Positions 1 to 12,944 of a stretch of DNA of 64,000 nt are shown in pieces (the first letter of the stretch is position 1; each line of letters begins with the position of its first letter). The stretch comes from Eledone cirrhosa (taxonomy: Eukaryota): contig OZ024764.1 in assembly GCA_964016885.1 (NCBI GenBank), forward strand, positions 14,260,001 through 14,324,000, written 5' to 3'. The notes beneath the pieces are model-generated. The model worked only from the letters and a program-made list of their open reading frames with translations, made no database searches and was not told the DNA's origin. Both the position numbers and the translations under genes were made by a program.

Positions 1-22
1 TATATATGTGTATATATATGTG

Positions 23-59
<37 letters not shown>

Positions 60-220
60 GTGTGTGTATATATATATATGTGTGTGTGTGTATATATATA
101 TGTATATATATATATATATATATGTGTATATGTGTGTGTATATATATATGTATATATATATGTGTGTGTGTATAAATATATGTGTGTGTGTATATATATA
201 TATGTGTGTGTATATATATA

Positions 221-295
<75 letters not shown>

Positions 296-492
296 ATATA
301 TATATCTTTGTATGTATGTATATATATATATATATATACACACATATATACGTACATATATACATACATACAAACATACATACATATATATACACACTTT
401 TTCACAGATTTCCTCACATATACATGTATCTATATACATGTATCTATATACATATATACATACACACATGTATATATACACACATGTATATA
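1..492. repeat. (TA)n/(TG)n compound microsatellite
   Basis: Nearly pure alternating TA/TG/CA dinucleotides; the overlapping ORFs are YI/CV repeats. Confidence 0.95.
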
Positions 493-570
493 CATCCCCA
501 ATAGTACAGTACAAGGATCACCAACACCACCATCATCATCAACATCATTAGCAACAACTCAATACAACAG

Positions 571-1419
571 TACCACCACCACCACCACCACCAACACCAC
601 CACCACCACAACCACCACCACCATAACCACCACCAGCACCACCATCACCACCACCACCACCACCACCACCATCAACACCACCACCACCACCACCACCACC
701 ACCACCATCAACACCACCACCACCACCACCACCACCACCACCACCACCACTATCACCACCACCACCTCCACCACCACCATAACCACCACCAGCACCACCA
801 TCACCACCACCACCATCAACACCACCACCACCACCACCACCACCACCACCACCACCAGCACCACCATCACCACCACCACCACCACCACCACCACCACCAC
901 CACCACCACCACCACCTCCACCACCACCACCACCACCAGCACCACCACCACCACCACCACCAGCACCACCACCACCACCACCACCACTACCACCAGGACC
1001 ACCACCACCACCACCACCACCACCACCACCACCACCACAACCATCAACACCAGTACCATCACCACCACCACCACCACCACCACCTCCACCACCACCACCA
1101 GCACCATCACCACCACCACCACCACCACCACCACCACCAACACCACCACCACCACCACCACCACCACCACCACCACCACCACCACCAACAACATCACCAC
1201 CACCACCACCAACACCACCACTACCACCACCACCACCACTACCACCACCACCACCACTACCACCACCACCACCACCACCACCACCACCACCATCACCACC
1301 ACCACCACCACCACCACTACCACCACCACCACTAACACCACCACTACCACCACCACTACCACCACCACCACCACTACCACCACCACCACCACCACCACCA
1401 CCACCACCACCACCACCAG

Positions 1420-1451
<32 letters not shown>

Positions 1452-1534
1452 GCACCACCACCACCACCACTACCACCACCACCAACACCACCACCACCAC
1501 CACCACCACCACCACCACCACCACCACCACCACC

Positions 1535-1565
<31 letters not shown>

Positions 1566-1621
1566 CCACCACCACCACCACCACCACTACCACCACCACC
1601 ACCACCAGCACCAGCACCACC

Positions 1622-1652
<31 letters not shown>

Positions 1653-1807
1653 CCACCACCACCACCACCACCACCACCACCACCACCACCAGCACCATCA
1701 CCACCACCACCACCACCACCACTACCACCACCACCACCACCAGCACCAGCACCACCACCACCACCACCACCACTACCACCACCACCACCACCAGCACCAG
1801 CACCACC

Positions 1808-1838
<31 letters not shown>

Positions 1839-1951
1839 CCACCACCACCACCACCACCACCACCACCACCACCACCACCACCACCAGCACCACCACCACC
1901 ACCCCCAGCACCATCACCACCACCACCACCACCAGCACCACCACCACCACC

Positions 1952-1984
<33 letters not shown>

Positions 1985-2053
1985 ACCACCACCACCACCA
2001 CCAGCACCACTACCACCAAGACCATCACCACCACCACCACCACCACCAGCACC

Positions 2054-2084
<31 letters not shown>

Positions 2085-2152
2085 CCATCACCACCACCAC
2101 CACCACCACCACCATCACCACCACCACCACCAGCACCAGCACCACCACCACC

Positions 2153-2183
<31 letters not shown>

Positions 2184-2253
2184 CCACCACCACCACCATC
2201 ACCACCACCACCACCAGCACCACCACCACCACCACCAGCACCACCACCACCAT
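571..2253. repeat. 1.7-kb (ACC)n trinucleotide tract with AGC/ATC/AAC/ACT variants
   Basis: Read directly; the register is kept throughout. Confidence 0.95.
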
Positions 2254-2369
2254 CAGTATAAGTAACAGCAATGTTTGGAGACATTCCTCAGTGGTACCAG
2301 ACAGTCTGCTGAAATTAATTGTAGCCAGATGTTCTGACAGCTACAACAGCAGGTTGGATAGGAGGGAGA

Positions 2370-2440
2370 TATAGATATATATATGTGTATATATATATAT
2401 ATATATATACACACGTGTGTGTGTGTGTGTGGTGTGTGTG

Positions 2441-2481
<41 letters not shown>

Positions 2482-2799
2482 GTATATGTGTGTATATATA
2501 TATGTATATGTCTGTGTATATATATATATATATATATATGTATATGTGTATGTGTGTGTGTGTATATATATATATGTATATGTGTGTATATATATATGTA
2601 TATATAAATATGTGTGTGTATATATATATATAGATATATATATATATATATATATAAATATGAGTGTGTATATATATATAGATATATATATATGTGTGTA
2701 TAGTATATGTTTGTATATATATATATATATATATAAATATGTGTGTGTATATATATATATATATATGTATATGTGTGTATATATATATATATGTGTGTA

Positions 2800-2850
<51 letters not shown>

Positions 2851-2851
2851 G

Positions 2852-2882
<31 letters not shown>

Positions 2883-2915
2883 AGATATATGTATGTATAT
2901 ATATATAAATGTATG

Positions 2916-2958
<43 letters not shown>

Positions 2959-3008
2959 ATAAATGTATATATACATATATGTGTGAATATATGTATATAT
3001 ACATTTAT

Positions 3009-3084
<76 letters not shown>

Positions 3085-3107
3085 ATAAATGTATATATAC
3101 ATATATT

Positions 3108-3138
<31 letters not shown>

Positions 3139-3168
3139 GTATGTATATATATATATATAGAGAGAGAT
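2370..3168. repeat. (TA)n/(TG)n microsatellite with local inverted duplication (about 2950-3112)
   Basis: tacatataaataaatgtatatatacatat occurs forward, inverted, then forward again. Confidence 0.9.
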
Positions 3169-3259
3169 AGCACTCTATGCTCTTACAGAGCAGAGTATGA
3201 TATAATATAAAACGAAAAATATAATATAAACAAGAGAATATGCTCCGAAATCATTAGAC

Positions 3260-3347
3260 GTGTCTGTCGAACCTGAGGGTCCAGAATCAGACAGATCAAT
3301 ACAATGATCGCGTCTCAAGCTGTCTGCCGGGGAAACAATTGTAACAC
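3260..3347 (+). ncRNA. Degenerate type I hammerhead ribozyme, long-stem-II family (core mutated to CTGTCGA)
   Basis: GTGT-CTGTCGA-[about 60-nt hairpin]-GAAAC-AATT-GTA-ACAC; homologous to 53510-53605. Confidence 0.6.
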
Positions 3348-3406
3348 ACAATAAATTGAGTTCAGATGCATCACTGATTTTTCGTTTTATATTATATATA
3401 TGTATA

Positions 3407-3747
3407 TCATCATCATCATCATCATCATTGTTTAACGTCCGTGTTCCACGCTTGCATGGGTTTGGACGGGGGTTTCCCACTTGAGGCAAGAGTGATTGTC
3501 TTGCTCGCATAGGACTATCTGGCGGGTTTTCTACAGTTGGATGCCCTTCCTAACACCAACCACATTTACAGTGTGGGTCTGGGAGGTTTTTACCGTGTTG
3601 CCTACACGGCCACATTACAGCGTGGACTGTGTGTTTTTTTTACATGACTCCTACACGATCTCATTTGTTTCGGCCTGGATGTTGTGGCACCAACATAACT
3701 TTACATTGAAAGGGGTGGTGTGGATGGGATGGGGGTGGTGGGACGGG

Positions 3748-3748
<1 letters not shown>
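3407..3748 (-). mobile_element. 5'-truncated SINE with (GAT)n tail
   Basis: Minus strand has GGTTGGTGTTAGGAAGGGCATCC...CAAGCGTGGAACACGGACGTTAAAC followed by (GAT)n; near-identical inverted copy at 13213-13545. Confidence 0.8.
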
Positions 3749-3827
<79 letters not shown>

Positions 3828-3829
3828 CA

Positions 3830-4314
3830 TAGATCGGTGTGGAAGTCGGACCTTCGTAAAGACCTGAAGATCTGTCTCTTCATTGCTGTAGTGGAGTCAG
3901 TCTGTGCTGCTGTACGGGTCTGAGAGTTGGACACTGACCAAGAAACTCACCCAGATGGTGGATGGGTGCTACACGAGAATGCTGAGGATGGCTCTGAACA
4001 TTAATCAGTATACACTGAGGATGAGGGGCTCGGAGCTGTATGGGAGCCTCCCAAAAGTCAGCTCAAAAGTGACACAGAGGAGACTGAGGTTAGCTGGACA
4101 TGCTCACCGACATCCAGAGTTGACACTGCACTCAGTGCTCCTGTGGGAGCCCCTACATGGACACACTGGAAGAGGAAGACCAAGGTTCACGTATGTTGAT
4201 GCCCTACGGACAGACACTGGTCTGTTGGAGATGCAGGACATGGCAGCGATAATGAGGGACAGAGACCGCTGGAGAGAACTCGTCCATGGATCTCGGGAAT
4301 TTTACCCGCCCTAG
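3830..4314 (+). mobile_element. RTE-clade LINE 3' fragment (RT thumb and C-terminus), frameshifted
   Basis: [24 protein letters not shown]...LRLAGH...GRGRPR...DRDRWR match RTE C-terminal motifs; flanked by (TA)n. Confidence 0.85.
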
Positions 4315-4524
4315 ACATACATATATATAGATATATATTGTAATAACATACTTCTGATCACCTTATTCCTGGTGTCACAATTCCTTAAGTTTTTGTGTTC
4401 ACTCTGAGTAAAAATTTATCAATTCCTCACTCATTGGGTGCTTTGTGACTGCGTCAAATAATTTGATTGACATCTGTTATACCCAGCTGCAACTACAGTT
4501 ATACTCATTAGTATCATTATTTAT

Positions 4525-4712
4525 CAGTATCGGTAGAGCATCGGACGCCATGCTTTGCAGCATAGAGTTACGACCCTTTACAGTTAGTTTTGCCTTTCAT
4601 CCTTACCGGGTCAATAAAATAAGGTACCAGTATTGCACTGGGGTTGATATAATCGACTTTCCTTGACCCCAAAATTGCTGACCTTGTGCCTATATAAGAA
4701 ACAATTATTATT
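4525..4712 (+). mobile_element. tRNA-derived SINE fragment
   Basis: GGTAGAGCATCGGAC...TTTGCCTTTCATCCTT...ATAAAATAAG...CCTTGTGCCT...AGAAACAATTATTATT; homologous to 24231-24408. Confidence 0.75.
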
Positions 4713-4774
4713 ATTATATATATATACACAGTTGTCCCCTGGTATTTGAGTGGTTAAGTTCCTAGAGCACCCAC

Positions 4775-5279
4775 ATAACATTTACATTACTCTATATCTA
4801 CTATTGTATTTTCACAGTAAAGGCTTTACCTCACATAATATCTCACATAACATTTACATTACTCTATATATACTATTGTATTTTCACAGTAAAGGCTTTA
4901 CCTCACATAATATCTCACATAACATTTACATTACTCTATATATACTATTGTATTGTCACAGTAAAGGCTTTACCTCACATAATATCTCACATAACATTTA
5001 CATTACTCTATATATACTATTGTATTTTCACAGTAAAGGCTTTACCTCACATAATATCTCACATAACATTTACATTACTCTATATATACTATTGTATTTT
5101 CACAGTAAAGGCTTTACCTCACATAATTATCTCACATAATATTGAATCTATGTGATTTTGATATTATTTATTTTGAGAACAATACCTTAACATAAGTATG
5201 AGCAACCGGTTACAGCCATTTTGAACAGAAAAAGGTGAGAAAATTCTGACCGGATATGGCCAGTTTAAATGCTAAAGGG
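4775..5279 (+). mobile_element. piggyBac-type MITE (left end missing) with internal 72-bp x5 tandem expansion
   Basis: Ends ...GCTAAAGGG followed by TTAA; the body matches 6114-6332. Confidence 0.75.
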
Positions 5280-5409
5280 TTAAAGCCATGTTAGAAGACA
5301 CTTGTTGAAGGGGCCATGTAGCTGAACCAAACCCCAAACTATGAGGTATGCAAAACAAAATCCTTTACCACACAGCCATACCTGATCCTTCATTGTATAT
5401 AAAACAATT

Positions 5410-6480
5410 TAGAGTCTGTCTCAAGCCCAGTGGTTCATCTGGTCAGTGCTTATCCCAGTTTCACTGGTGTTAAGTGACAGTACAAGACTTCCCCCTGGAC
5501 AGGACACCAGTCCATTGTAGGATTAAAGTTTCTCAAGTCTAGAGGCTGATCTGGTCAGAGCTTATCCCAGTTTCATCAGTGTTAAGTGTGTGACAGTATA
5601 AGACTTTCCTTTGATGGACAGGACACCAGTTTAAGTCTCCATTGCAGGATTAAAGTCTCTCAAGCCCAGAGGCTGATCAAGCCAGAGTTTATCCCAGTTT
5701 CACTGGTGTGAAGTAACTGAGTTCAAGACTTCCCCCTGGATAGGACACCAGTCCATCACAGAGTTAAAGTTTGTCTCAAGTCTAGGGGCAGATCAAGCTA
5801 GAACTTATCCCAGTTTCACTGATGTTAAAGTTTGTCTCAAGTCTAGGAGCAGATCAAGCGAGAGCTTATCCCAGTTTCACTGGTGTTAAGTAACTGACTT
5901 CAAGACTTCCCCAGTTCATCACAGGGTTAAAGTCTGTCTCAAACCTAGAAGCTCATTAGGTCAGTGCTTATCCTGGTTTCTTTGGTATTAAGTGATTGAG
6001 AGTACAAGACCCCAGTCCATCAGAGTTGAAGTCGGTCTCAACCTCGAGCCTCATCATTGACTGAGAGTACAAGACTTCCCCCTGGACAGGATTCCAGTCC
6101 ATCACAGGGTTAACCCTTTAGCATTCACATTACTCTATAGATACTATTATATTTTCATGGTAAAACCTTTACCTCACATAATATCTCAGATAATATCGAA
6201 TCTATGAGATTTTGAAAGTAATTATTTTGAGAACAATACCTTAACATCAGTTTGAGTGACCAGTTACAGCCAGTTTCAACAGAAAGAGGTAGAGAATTTT
6301 GGCCAGTTTTGGCTGGTTTGAACATTAAAGGGATAAATTCTGTCTGAAGTCCAGAGGCTCATTAGACTATTGTTGTTAAGTGACTGAGAATACAAGACTC
6401 TTCTCTGGAAAGAATGCCAGACATCACAGAGTTAACTTCTAACTGGTAGGCATTTTCAGTTGAGTAAACTAGAGCAACAT
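5410..6480 (-). repeat. Diverged tandem array (about 110-120-bp unit, about 8 copies) of the 3' part of a CORE-type SINE
   Basis: Recurring gtctcaagcccagaggct..cttatcccagtttcactggtgttaagtgact..aagacttccccctggacaggacaccagtccat; matches SINE 57345-57828. Confidence 0.8.
6114..6332 (+). mobile_element. piggyBac-type MITE, single-unit form, nested in the SINE array
   Basis: TTAA|CCCTTTAGCATTCA...TGAACATTAAAGGG|ATAA; interrupts the host unit at cagggTTAA. Confidence 0.8.
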
Positions 6481-6747
6481 GGAGGGTGAAGATCTGCGTG
6501 TGTAAACTTGTCTTGTACATCCTCTTTATTGCCTTCTTCCAGTCACTTCTCTGTACCAACACACTCCTCCTTGTCTTCCTCATCCTTCAACATGTTCTAT
6601 ATTTCATCTGCCTGTCCCCCACCTTATGGATTGTCTCTCTGTTGGCCACTGGCTGCTGGTCTCTCTCCGCTGAGGCATTTTTGCCCATCGCTGTCTTTAA
6701 ACCCCTTAATGGGGTTCCTCTGAAGGGTCTTTGGAGTAACGCTACTC

Positions 6748-9700
6748 GATAGAGTAAGTAACTCGGAGATGAGAGAGTCACTCCAGGTAGAGCCGCTACT
6801 TCTCTGAATTGAGAGATCACAGCGCTGATACTACAGACATGTGGTTAGAATGTCTGAGGAAAGAATCTCTGAATTGAGAGATCACAGCTCTGATACTACA
6901 GACATGTGGTTAGAATGTCTCAGGAAAGAATCTCTGAATTGAGAGATCACAGCTGTGATACTACAGACATGTGGTTAGAATGTCTCAGGAAAGAATCTGT
7001 GTATTGAGAGATCACAGCTGATACTACAGACATGTGGTTAGAATGTCTCAGGAAATAATCTCTGAATTGAGAGATCACAGCTCTGATACTACAGACATGT
7101 GGTTAGAATGTCTCAGGAAAGAATCTCTGAATTCAGAGATCACAGCTCTGATACTACAGACGTGGTTAGCATGTCTCAGGAAATAATCTCTGAATTGAGA
7201 GATCACAGCTCTGATACTACAGACATGTGGTTAGAATGTCTCAGAAAAGAATCTCTGAATTGAGAGATCACAGCTCTGATACTACAGACATGTGGTTAGA
7301 ATGTCTCAGGAAAGAATCTCTGAATTGAGAGATCACAGCTGTGATACTACAGACATGTGGTTAGAATGTCTCAGGAAAGAATCTCTGAATTCAGAGATCA
7401 CAGCTCTGATACTACAGACGTGGTTAGCATGTCTCAGGAAATAATCTCTGAATTGAGAGATCACAGCTCTGATACTACAGACATGTGGTTAGAATGTCTC
7501 AGAAAAGAATCTCTGAATTGAGAGATCACAGCTCTGATACTACAGACATGTGGTTAGAATGTCTCAGGAAAGAATCTCTGAATTGAGAGATCACAGCTGT
7601 GATACTACAGACATGTGGTTAGAATGTCTCAGGAAAGAATCTCTGAATTCAGAGATCACAGCTCTGATACTACAGACGTGGTTAGCATGTCTCAGGAAAT
7701 AATCTCTGAATTGAGAGATCACAGCTCTGATACTACAGACATGTGGTTAGAATGTCTCAGAAAAGAATCTCTGAATTGAGAGATCACAGCTCTGATACTA
7801 CAGACATGTGGTTAGAATGTCTCAGGAAAGAATCTCTGAATTGAGAGATCACAGCTGTGATACTACAGACATGTGGTTAGAATGTCTCAGGAAAGAATCT
7901 CTGAATTCAGAGATCACAGCTCTGATACTACAGACGTGGTTAGCATGTCTCAGGAAATAATCTCTGAATTGAGAGATCACAGCTCTGATACTACAGACAT
8001 GTGGTTAGAATGTCTCAGAAAAGAATCTCTGAATTGAGAGATCACAGCTCTGATACTACAGACATGTGGTTAGAATGTCTCAGGAAAGAATCTCTGAATT
8101 GAGAGATCACAGCTGTGATACTACAGACATGTGGTTAGAATGTCTCAGGAAAGAATCTCTGAATTCAGAGATCACAGCTCTGATACTACAGACGTGGTTA
8201 GCATGTCTCAGGAAATAATCTCTGAATTGAGAGATCACAGCTCTGATACTACAGACATGTGGTTAGAATGTCTCAGAAAAGAATCTCTGAATTGAGAGAT
8301 CACAGCTCTGATACTACAGACATGTGGTTAGAATGTCTCAGGAAAGAATCTCTGAATTGAGAGATCACAGCTGTGATACTACAGACATGTGGTTAGAATG
8401 TCTCAGGAAAGAATCTCTGAATTCAGAGATCACAGCTCTGATACTACAGACGTGGTTAGCATGTCTCAGGAAATAATCTCTGAATTGAGAGATCACAGCT
8501 CTGATACTACAGACATGTGGTTAGAATGTCTCAGAAAAGAATCTCTGAATTGAGAGATCACAGCTCTGATACTACAGACATGTGGTTAGAATGTCTCAGG
8601 AAAGAATCTCTGAATTGAGAGATCACAGCTGTGATACTACAGACATGTGGTTAGAATGTCTCAGGAAAGAATCTCTGAATTCAGAGATCACAGCTCTGAT
8701 ACTACAGACGTGGTTAGCATGTCTCAGGAAATAATCTCTGAATTGAGAGATCACAGCTCTGATACTACAGACATGTGGTTAGAATGTCTCAGAAAAGAAT
8801 CTCTGAATTGAGAGATCACAGCTCTGATACTACAGACATGTGGTTAGAATGTCTCAGGAAAGAATCTCTGAATTGAGAGATCACAGCTGTGATACTACAG
8901 ACATGTGGTTAGAATGTCTCAGGAAAGAATCTCTGAATTCAGAGATCACAGCTCTGATACTACAGACGTGGTTAGCATGTCTCAGGAAATAATCTCTGAA
9001 TTGAGAGATCACAGCTCTGATACTACAGACATGTGGTTAGAATGTCTCAGAAAAGAATCTCTGAATTGAGAGATCACAGCTCTGATACTACAGACATGTG
9101 GTTAGAATGTCTCAGGAAAGAATCTCTGAATTGAGAGATCACAGCTGTGATACTACAGACATGTGGTTAGAATGTCTCAGGAAAGAATCTCTGAATTCAG
9201 AGATCACAGCTCTGATACTACAGACGTGGTTAGCATGTCTCAGGAAATAATCTCTGAATTGAGAGATCACAGCTCTGATACTACAGACATGTGGTTAGAA
9301 TGTCTCAGAAAAGAATCTCTGAATTGAGAGATCACAGCTCTGATACTACAGACATGTGGTTAGAATGTCTCAGGAAAGAATCTCTGAATTGAGAGATCAC
9401 AGCTGTGATACTACAGACATGTGGTTAGAATGTCTCAGGAAAGAATCTCTGAATTCAGAGATCACAGCTCTGATACTACAGACGTGGTTAGCATGTCTCA
9501 GGAAATAATCTCTGAATTGAGAGATCACAGCTCTGATACTACAGACATGTGGTTAGAATGTCTCAGAAAAGAATCTCTGAATTGAGAGATCACAGCTCTG
9601 ATACTACAGACATGTGGTTAGAATGTCTCAGGAAAGAATCTCTGAATTGAGAGATCACAGCTGTGATACTACAGACATGTGGTTAGAATGTCTCAGGAAA

Positions 9701-10572
9701 GAATCTCTGAATTCAGAGATCACAGCTCTGATACTACAGACGTGGTTAGCATGTCTCAGGAAATAATCTCTGAATTGAGAGATCACAGCTCTGATACTAC
9801 AGACATGTGGTTAGAATGTCTCAGGAAAGAATCTCTGAATTGAGAGATCACAGCTGTGATACTACAGACATGTGGTTAGAATGTCTCAGGAAAGAATCTC
9901 TGAATTCAGAGATCACAGCTCTGATACTACAGACGTGGTTAGCATGTCTCAGGAAATAATCTGTGAATTGAGAGATCACAGCTCTGATACTACAGACATG
10001 TGGTTAGAATGCCTCAGGAAAGAATCTCTGAATTGAGAGATCACAGCTCTGATACTACAGACATGTGGTTAGAATGTCTCAGGAAATAATCTCTGAATTG
10101 AGAGATCACAGCTCTGATACTACAGACATATGGTTAGAATGTCTCAGGAAAGAATCTCTGAATTCAGAGACCACAGCTCTGATACTACAGACATGTGGTT
10201 AGAATGTCTCAGGAAAGAATCTCTGGATTGAGAGATCACAGCTCTGATACTACAGACATGTGGTTAGAATGTCTCAGGAAAGAATCTCTGAATTGAGAGA
10301 TCACAGCTCTGATACTACAGACATGTGGTTAGAATGTCTCAGGAAAGAATCGCTGGACAGATTTTGCGAGCAAAACGAACTGGCAGGAGACCCAGGAGTA
10401 GCCCCCGAGCAAGATGGTTGAGTAACATCCATGAGCTTGGCTGGTCTCACTTAGGGATCCAGCTGGATCAGTTAAAGACAGTTGCTTCTGACAGGACCAT
10501 CTGGAAAGAGGAGTTTGAGGACTCTGCTCCAACGACCCTGTCAGGAATAAGTGGGCAAAGAAGAAGAAGAAG
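6748..10572 (+). mobile_element. RTE (Rex3/Expander-like) LINE 3' fragment split by an internal satellite
   Basis: Left flank encodes DRVSNSEMRESLQVEPLLL*IERSQ; right flank encodes HVVRMSQERIA...GRRPRSSPRARW...ASDRTIW followed by an (AAG)n tail. Confidence 0.85.
6801..10351 (+). repeat. 65-bp tandem satellite (about 55 units) with 258-bp tetrameric higher-order repeat
   Basis: Unit tctctgaattgagagatcacagctctgatactacagacatgtggttagaatgtctcaggaaagaa; the 63-bp variant recurs at 7161, 7419, 7677, 7935 ... 9741. Confidence 0.95.
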
Positions 10573-10733
10573 AGCTGTCTTTGACATCATTTAGCTTGTT
10601 TTAAAAGCTGTTCTAGTGATTGGTTTTCTCATTTTTATATGTATGAAATAAAGCGTTTAATTACAGAACACAACATACCACCAGATCCAAGAATTGAAGA
10701 CACAACGTGACAACAGTAAAACCAACACCTTAA

Positions 10734-11179
10734 CCCTTTAGTGTTCAAACTGGCCAAAACCTACCAAAACCAGCCAGAATTCTCTAGCTCTTTCTGTTGA
10801 AACTGGCTGTAACTGGTCGCTCAAACTGATGTTATGGTATTGTTCTCAAAATAAATACTTTCAAAATCTCATAGGTGAGATATTAATTGAGATAATTATG
10901 TGAGGTAAAGCCTTTACCATGAAAATACAATAGTATATATAGAGTAATGTAAATGTTATGTGAGATATTATGTGAGGTAAAGCCTTTACTGTGACAATAC
11001 AATAGTATATATAGAGTAATGTAAATGTTATGTGAGATATTATGTGAGGTAAAGCCTTTACCGTGAAAATATAATAGTATATATAGAGTAATGTAAATGT
11101 TATGTGAGATATTATGTGAGGTAAAGCCTTTACTGTGACAATACAATAGTATATATAGAGTAATGTGAATGTTAAAGGG
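10734..11179 (-). mobile_element. piggyBac-type MITE with 72-bp x4 expansion and TTAA TSD, inserted in a SINE head
   Basis: TTAA|CCCTTTA...TAAAGGG|TTAA; the flanks rejoin into a SINE 5' end resembling 57750-57828. Confidence 0.85.
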
Positions 11180-11230
11180 TTAACAAATAGACCACGTGCC
11201 TTCACACACACACATATATATACCCACTCA

Positions 11231-11274
<44 letters not shown>

Positions 11275-11449
11275 TGTTAACTTGCAGATGTTGTTTGAAC
11301 AACAGATGTCCATAATTACATATTCCCAAATACTACTACTACTAGCACTACTACTGCTACTACCACCACTACTACTACTACCACTACTACTACTACTGCT
11401 GCTGTTGCAATTAACACACAAACTTATGATGAAAGATGTTCCAGCTGTG

Positions 11450-11535
11450 ACCATCCTGTCTTATATACAGACACAGTGTATCTAGGACTACATTGTCTAA
11501 TGTGTCCTTCCTTGTTGTTTAACCCCAGGGCAATG
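11450..11535 (+). mobile_element. Fragment of a dispersed repeat containing the monomer of the 59-kb 51-bp satellite
   Basis: cctgtcttatatacagacacagtgtatctaggactacattgtctaatgtgtcc is the reverse complement of the 59.1-60.0 kb unit. Confidence 0.7.
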
Positions 11536-11578
11536 TAATGTGCATTTATATGCATACACACACATATATATGTACTTA

Positions 11579-11612
<34 letters not shown>

Positions 11613-11618
<6 letters not shown>

Positions 11619-11720
11619 AAAAGGTTCAGAACCCCGACGGCAGAGCTCAAGCCATTTCAACGCATTCGAGTACTCTGGTGCGTTATGGTCCACCTAGTTC
11701 CTTACCACACTTCCTTCATT
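11613..11720 (-). mobile_element. Rearranged family-A (TA)n-embedded element
   Basis: accccgacggcagagctcaagcc plus gagtactctggtgcgttatggtccacc...ttccttaccacacttccttc. Confidence 0.65.
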
Positions 11721-11739
11721 ATATATATAATATATATAA

Positions 11740-11925
11740 GTTTATCTCGGGCTCGAATCGGATGTAACCACAGTAAGGTACTCAATACATAGCAGAGTAT
11801 AAATATTTAATATAGAAAAAGCTTCTACAGGACTAGAACTGTTTCATTCGGGAGAAATCATCTGGTGATTTCTCCCGAATGAAGCAGTTCTAGTCCTGTG
11901 GAAGCCTTTTTTATATTAAATATAT
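11740..11925 (-). mobile_element. Family-B Penelope-like terminal element with fold-back palindrome (about 11803-11924)
   Basis: ctacaggactagaactgtttcattcgggagaaatca followed by tgatttctcccgaatgaagcagttctagtcctgtgg. Confidence 0.7.
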
Positions 11926-11926
11926 A

Positions 11927-12505
11927 TACACTGAGGATGAAAAACTCAGAGCTGTATGGGAGCCTCCCAAAAGGCACCTCAAGAGTAGCCCAGTGGAGAG
12001 TGAGGTTAGCTGGACATGCTCACCGACATCCAGAGTTGACACTGCACTCAGTGCTCCTGTGGGAGCCCCTACATGGACACACTGGAAGAGGGAGACTGAG
12101 GTTAGCTGGACATGCTCACCGACATCCAGAGTTGACACTGCACTCAGTGCTCCTGTGGGAGCCCCTACATGGACACACTGGAAGAGGGAGACTGAGGTTA
12201 GCTGGACATGCTCACCGACATCCAGAGTTGACACTGCACTCAGTGCTCCTGTGGGAGCCCCTACATGGACACACTGGAAGAGGGAGACCGAGATTAGCTG
12301 GACATGCTCACCGACATCCAGAGTTGACACTGCACTCAGTGCTCCTGTGGGAGCCCCTGCATGGACACACTGGAAGAGGAAGACCGAGGTTGACATATGT
12401 TGATGCCCTAAGGACAGACACTGGTCTGTTGGAGACGCAGGACATGGCAGCGATAATGAGGGACAGAGACCGCTGGAGAGAATTCTGGAATTTTACCCGC
12501 CCTAG
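11927..12505 (+). mobile_element. RTE LINE 3' fragment with 96-bp x4 in-frame tandem duplication
   Basis: Near-identical to 4010-4314; RLAGHAHRHPELTLHSVLLWEPLHGHTGRG is repeated 4 times. Confidence 0.85.
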
Positions 12506-12521
12506 ATATATATATATATAT

Positions 12522-12724
12522 ATATAATATGTTGAGAAGGTAACACACCAGAGAGAGATATATAGTGTGTTATCAATAATATTATTGATAACGCACTATA
12601 TATCTCTCTCTGGTGTGTTACCTTCTCAACATATTATATTTTAAAGGGCTCAGGATCTCTTCCCCTTTGAGCACATTATTTACAGGGAATAACGACGGCC
12701 TATGCCTCCGTTAATTTATCGTGA
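12522..12724 (+). mobile_element. (TA)n-embedded element with near-perfect spacerless 118-bp palindrome (12522-12639)
   Basis: aatatgttgagaagg...tatcaataat|attattgata...ccttctcaacatatt followed by a unique tail. Confidence 0.75.
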
Positions 12725-12748
12725 TATATATATATATATATATATATT

Positions 12749-12875
12749 GTGAAGGCGCATGGTTAGAAAACTTTATGTCACGTTGCTCCATCAGCCTGGA
12801 TTTGTGACCAACAGATAGTATTAGCAAATGGAAAGACCAATGGAAACATTGTTTCCTCGGTCTGATTTCAGGAGC
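12749..12875 (+). mobile_element. Internally deleted tRNA/CORE-type SINE (family 2)
   Basis: gaaggcgcatggttag...cacgttgctcc...gatagtattagcaaatggaaagaccaatggaaac; same family as 15545-15745 and 58385-58595. Confidence 0.65.
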
Positions 12876-12944
12876 TTCATCCCACTCATTAAACGAACGA
12901 GGTCTGGCATCTTGATGTCTCGGAAAGAAGTCCTTCTTCAGAAA

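Noticed and set aside
6490-6745. Minus-strand LINE or exon fragment
   Set aside because: Only vague similarity; no motif could be supported
6801-10351. CRISPR array
   Set aside because: Head-to-tail units without unique spacers, derived from RTE coding sequence
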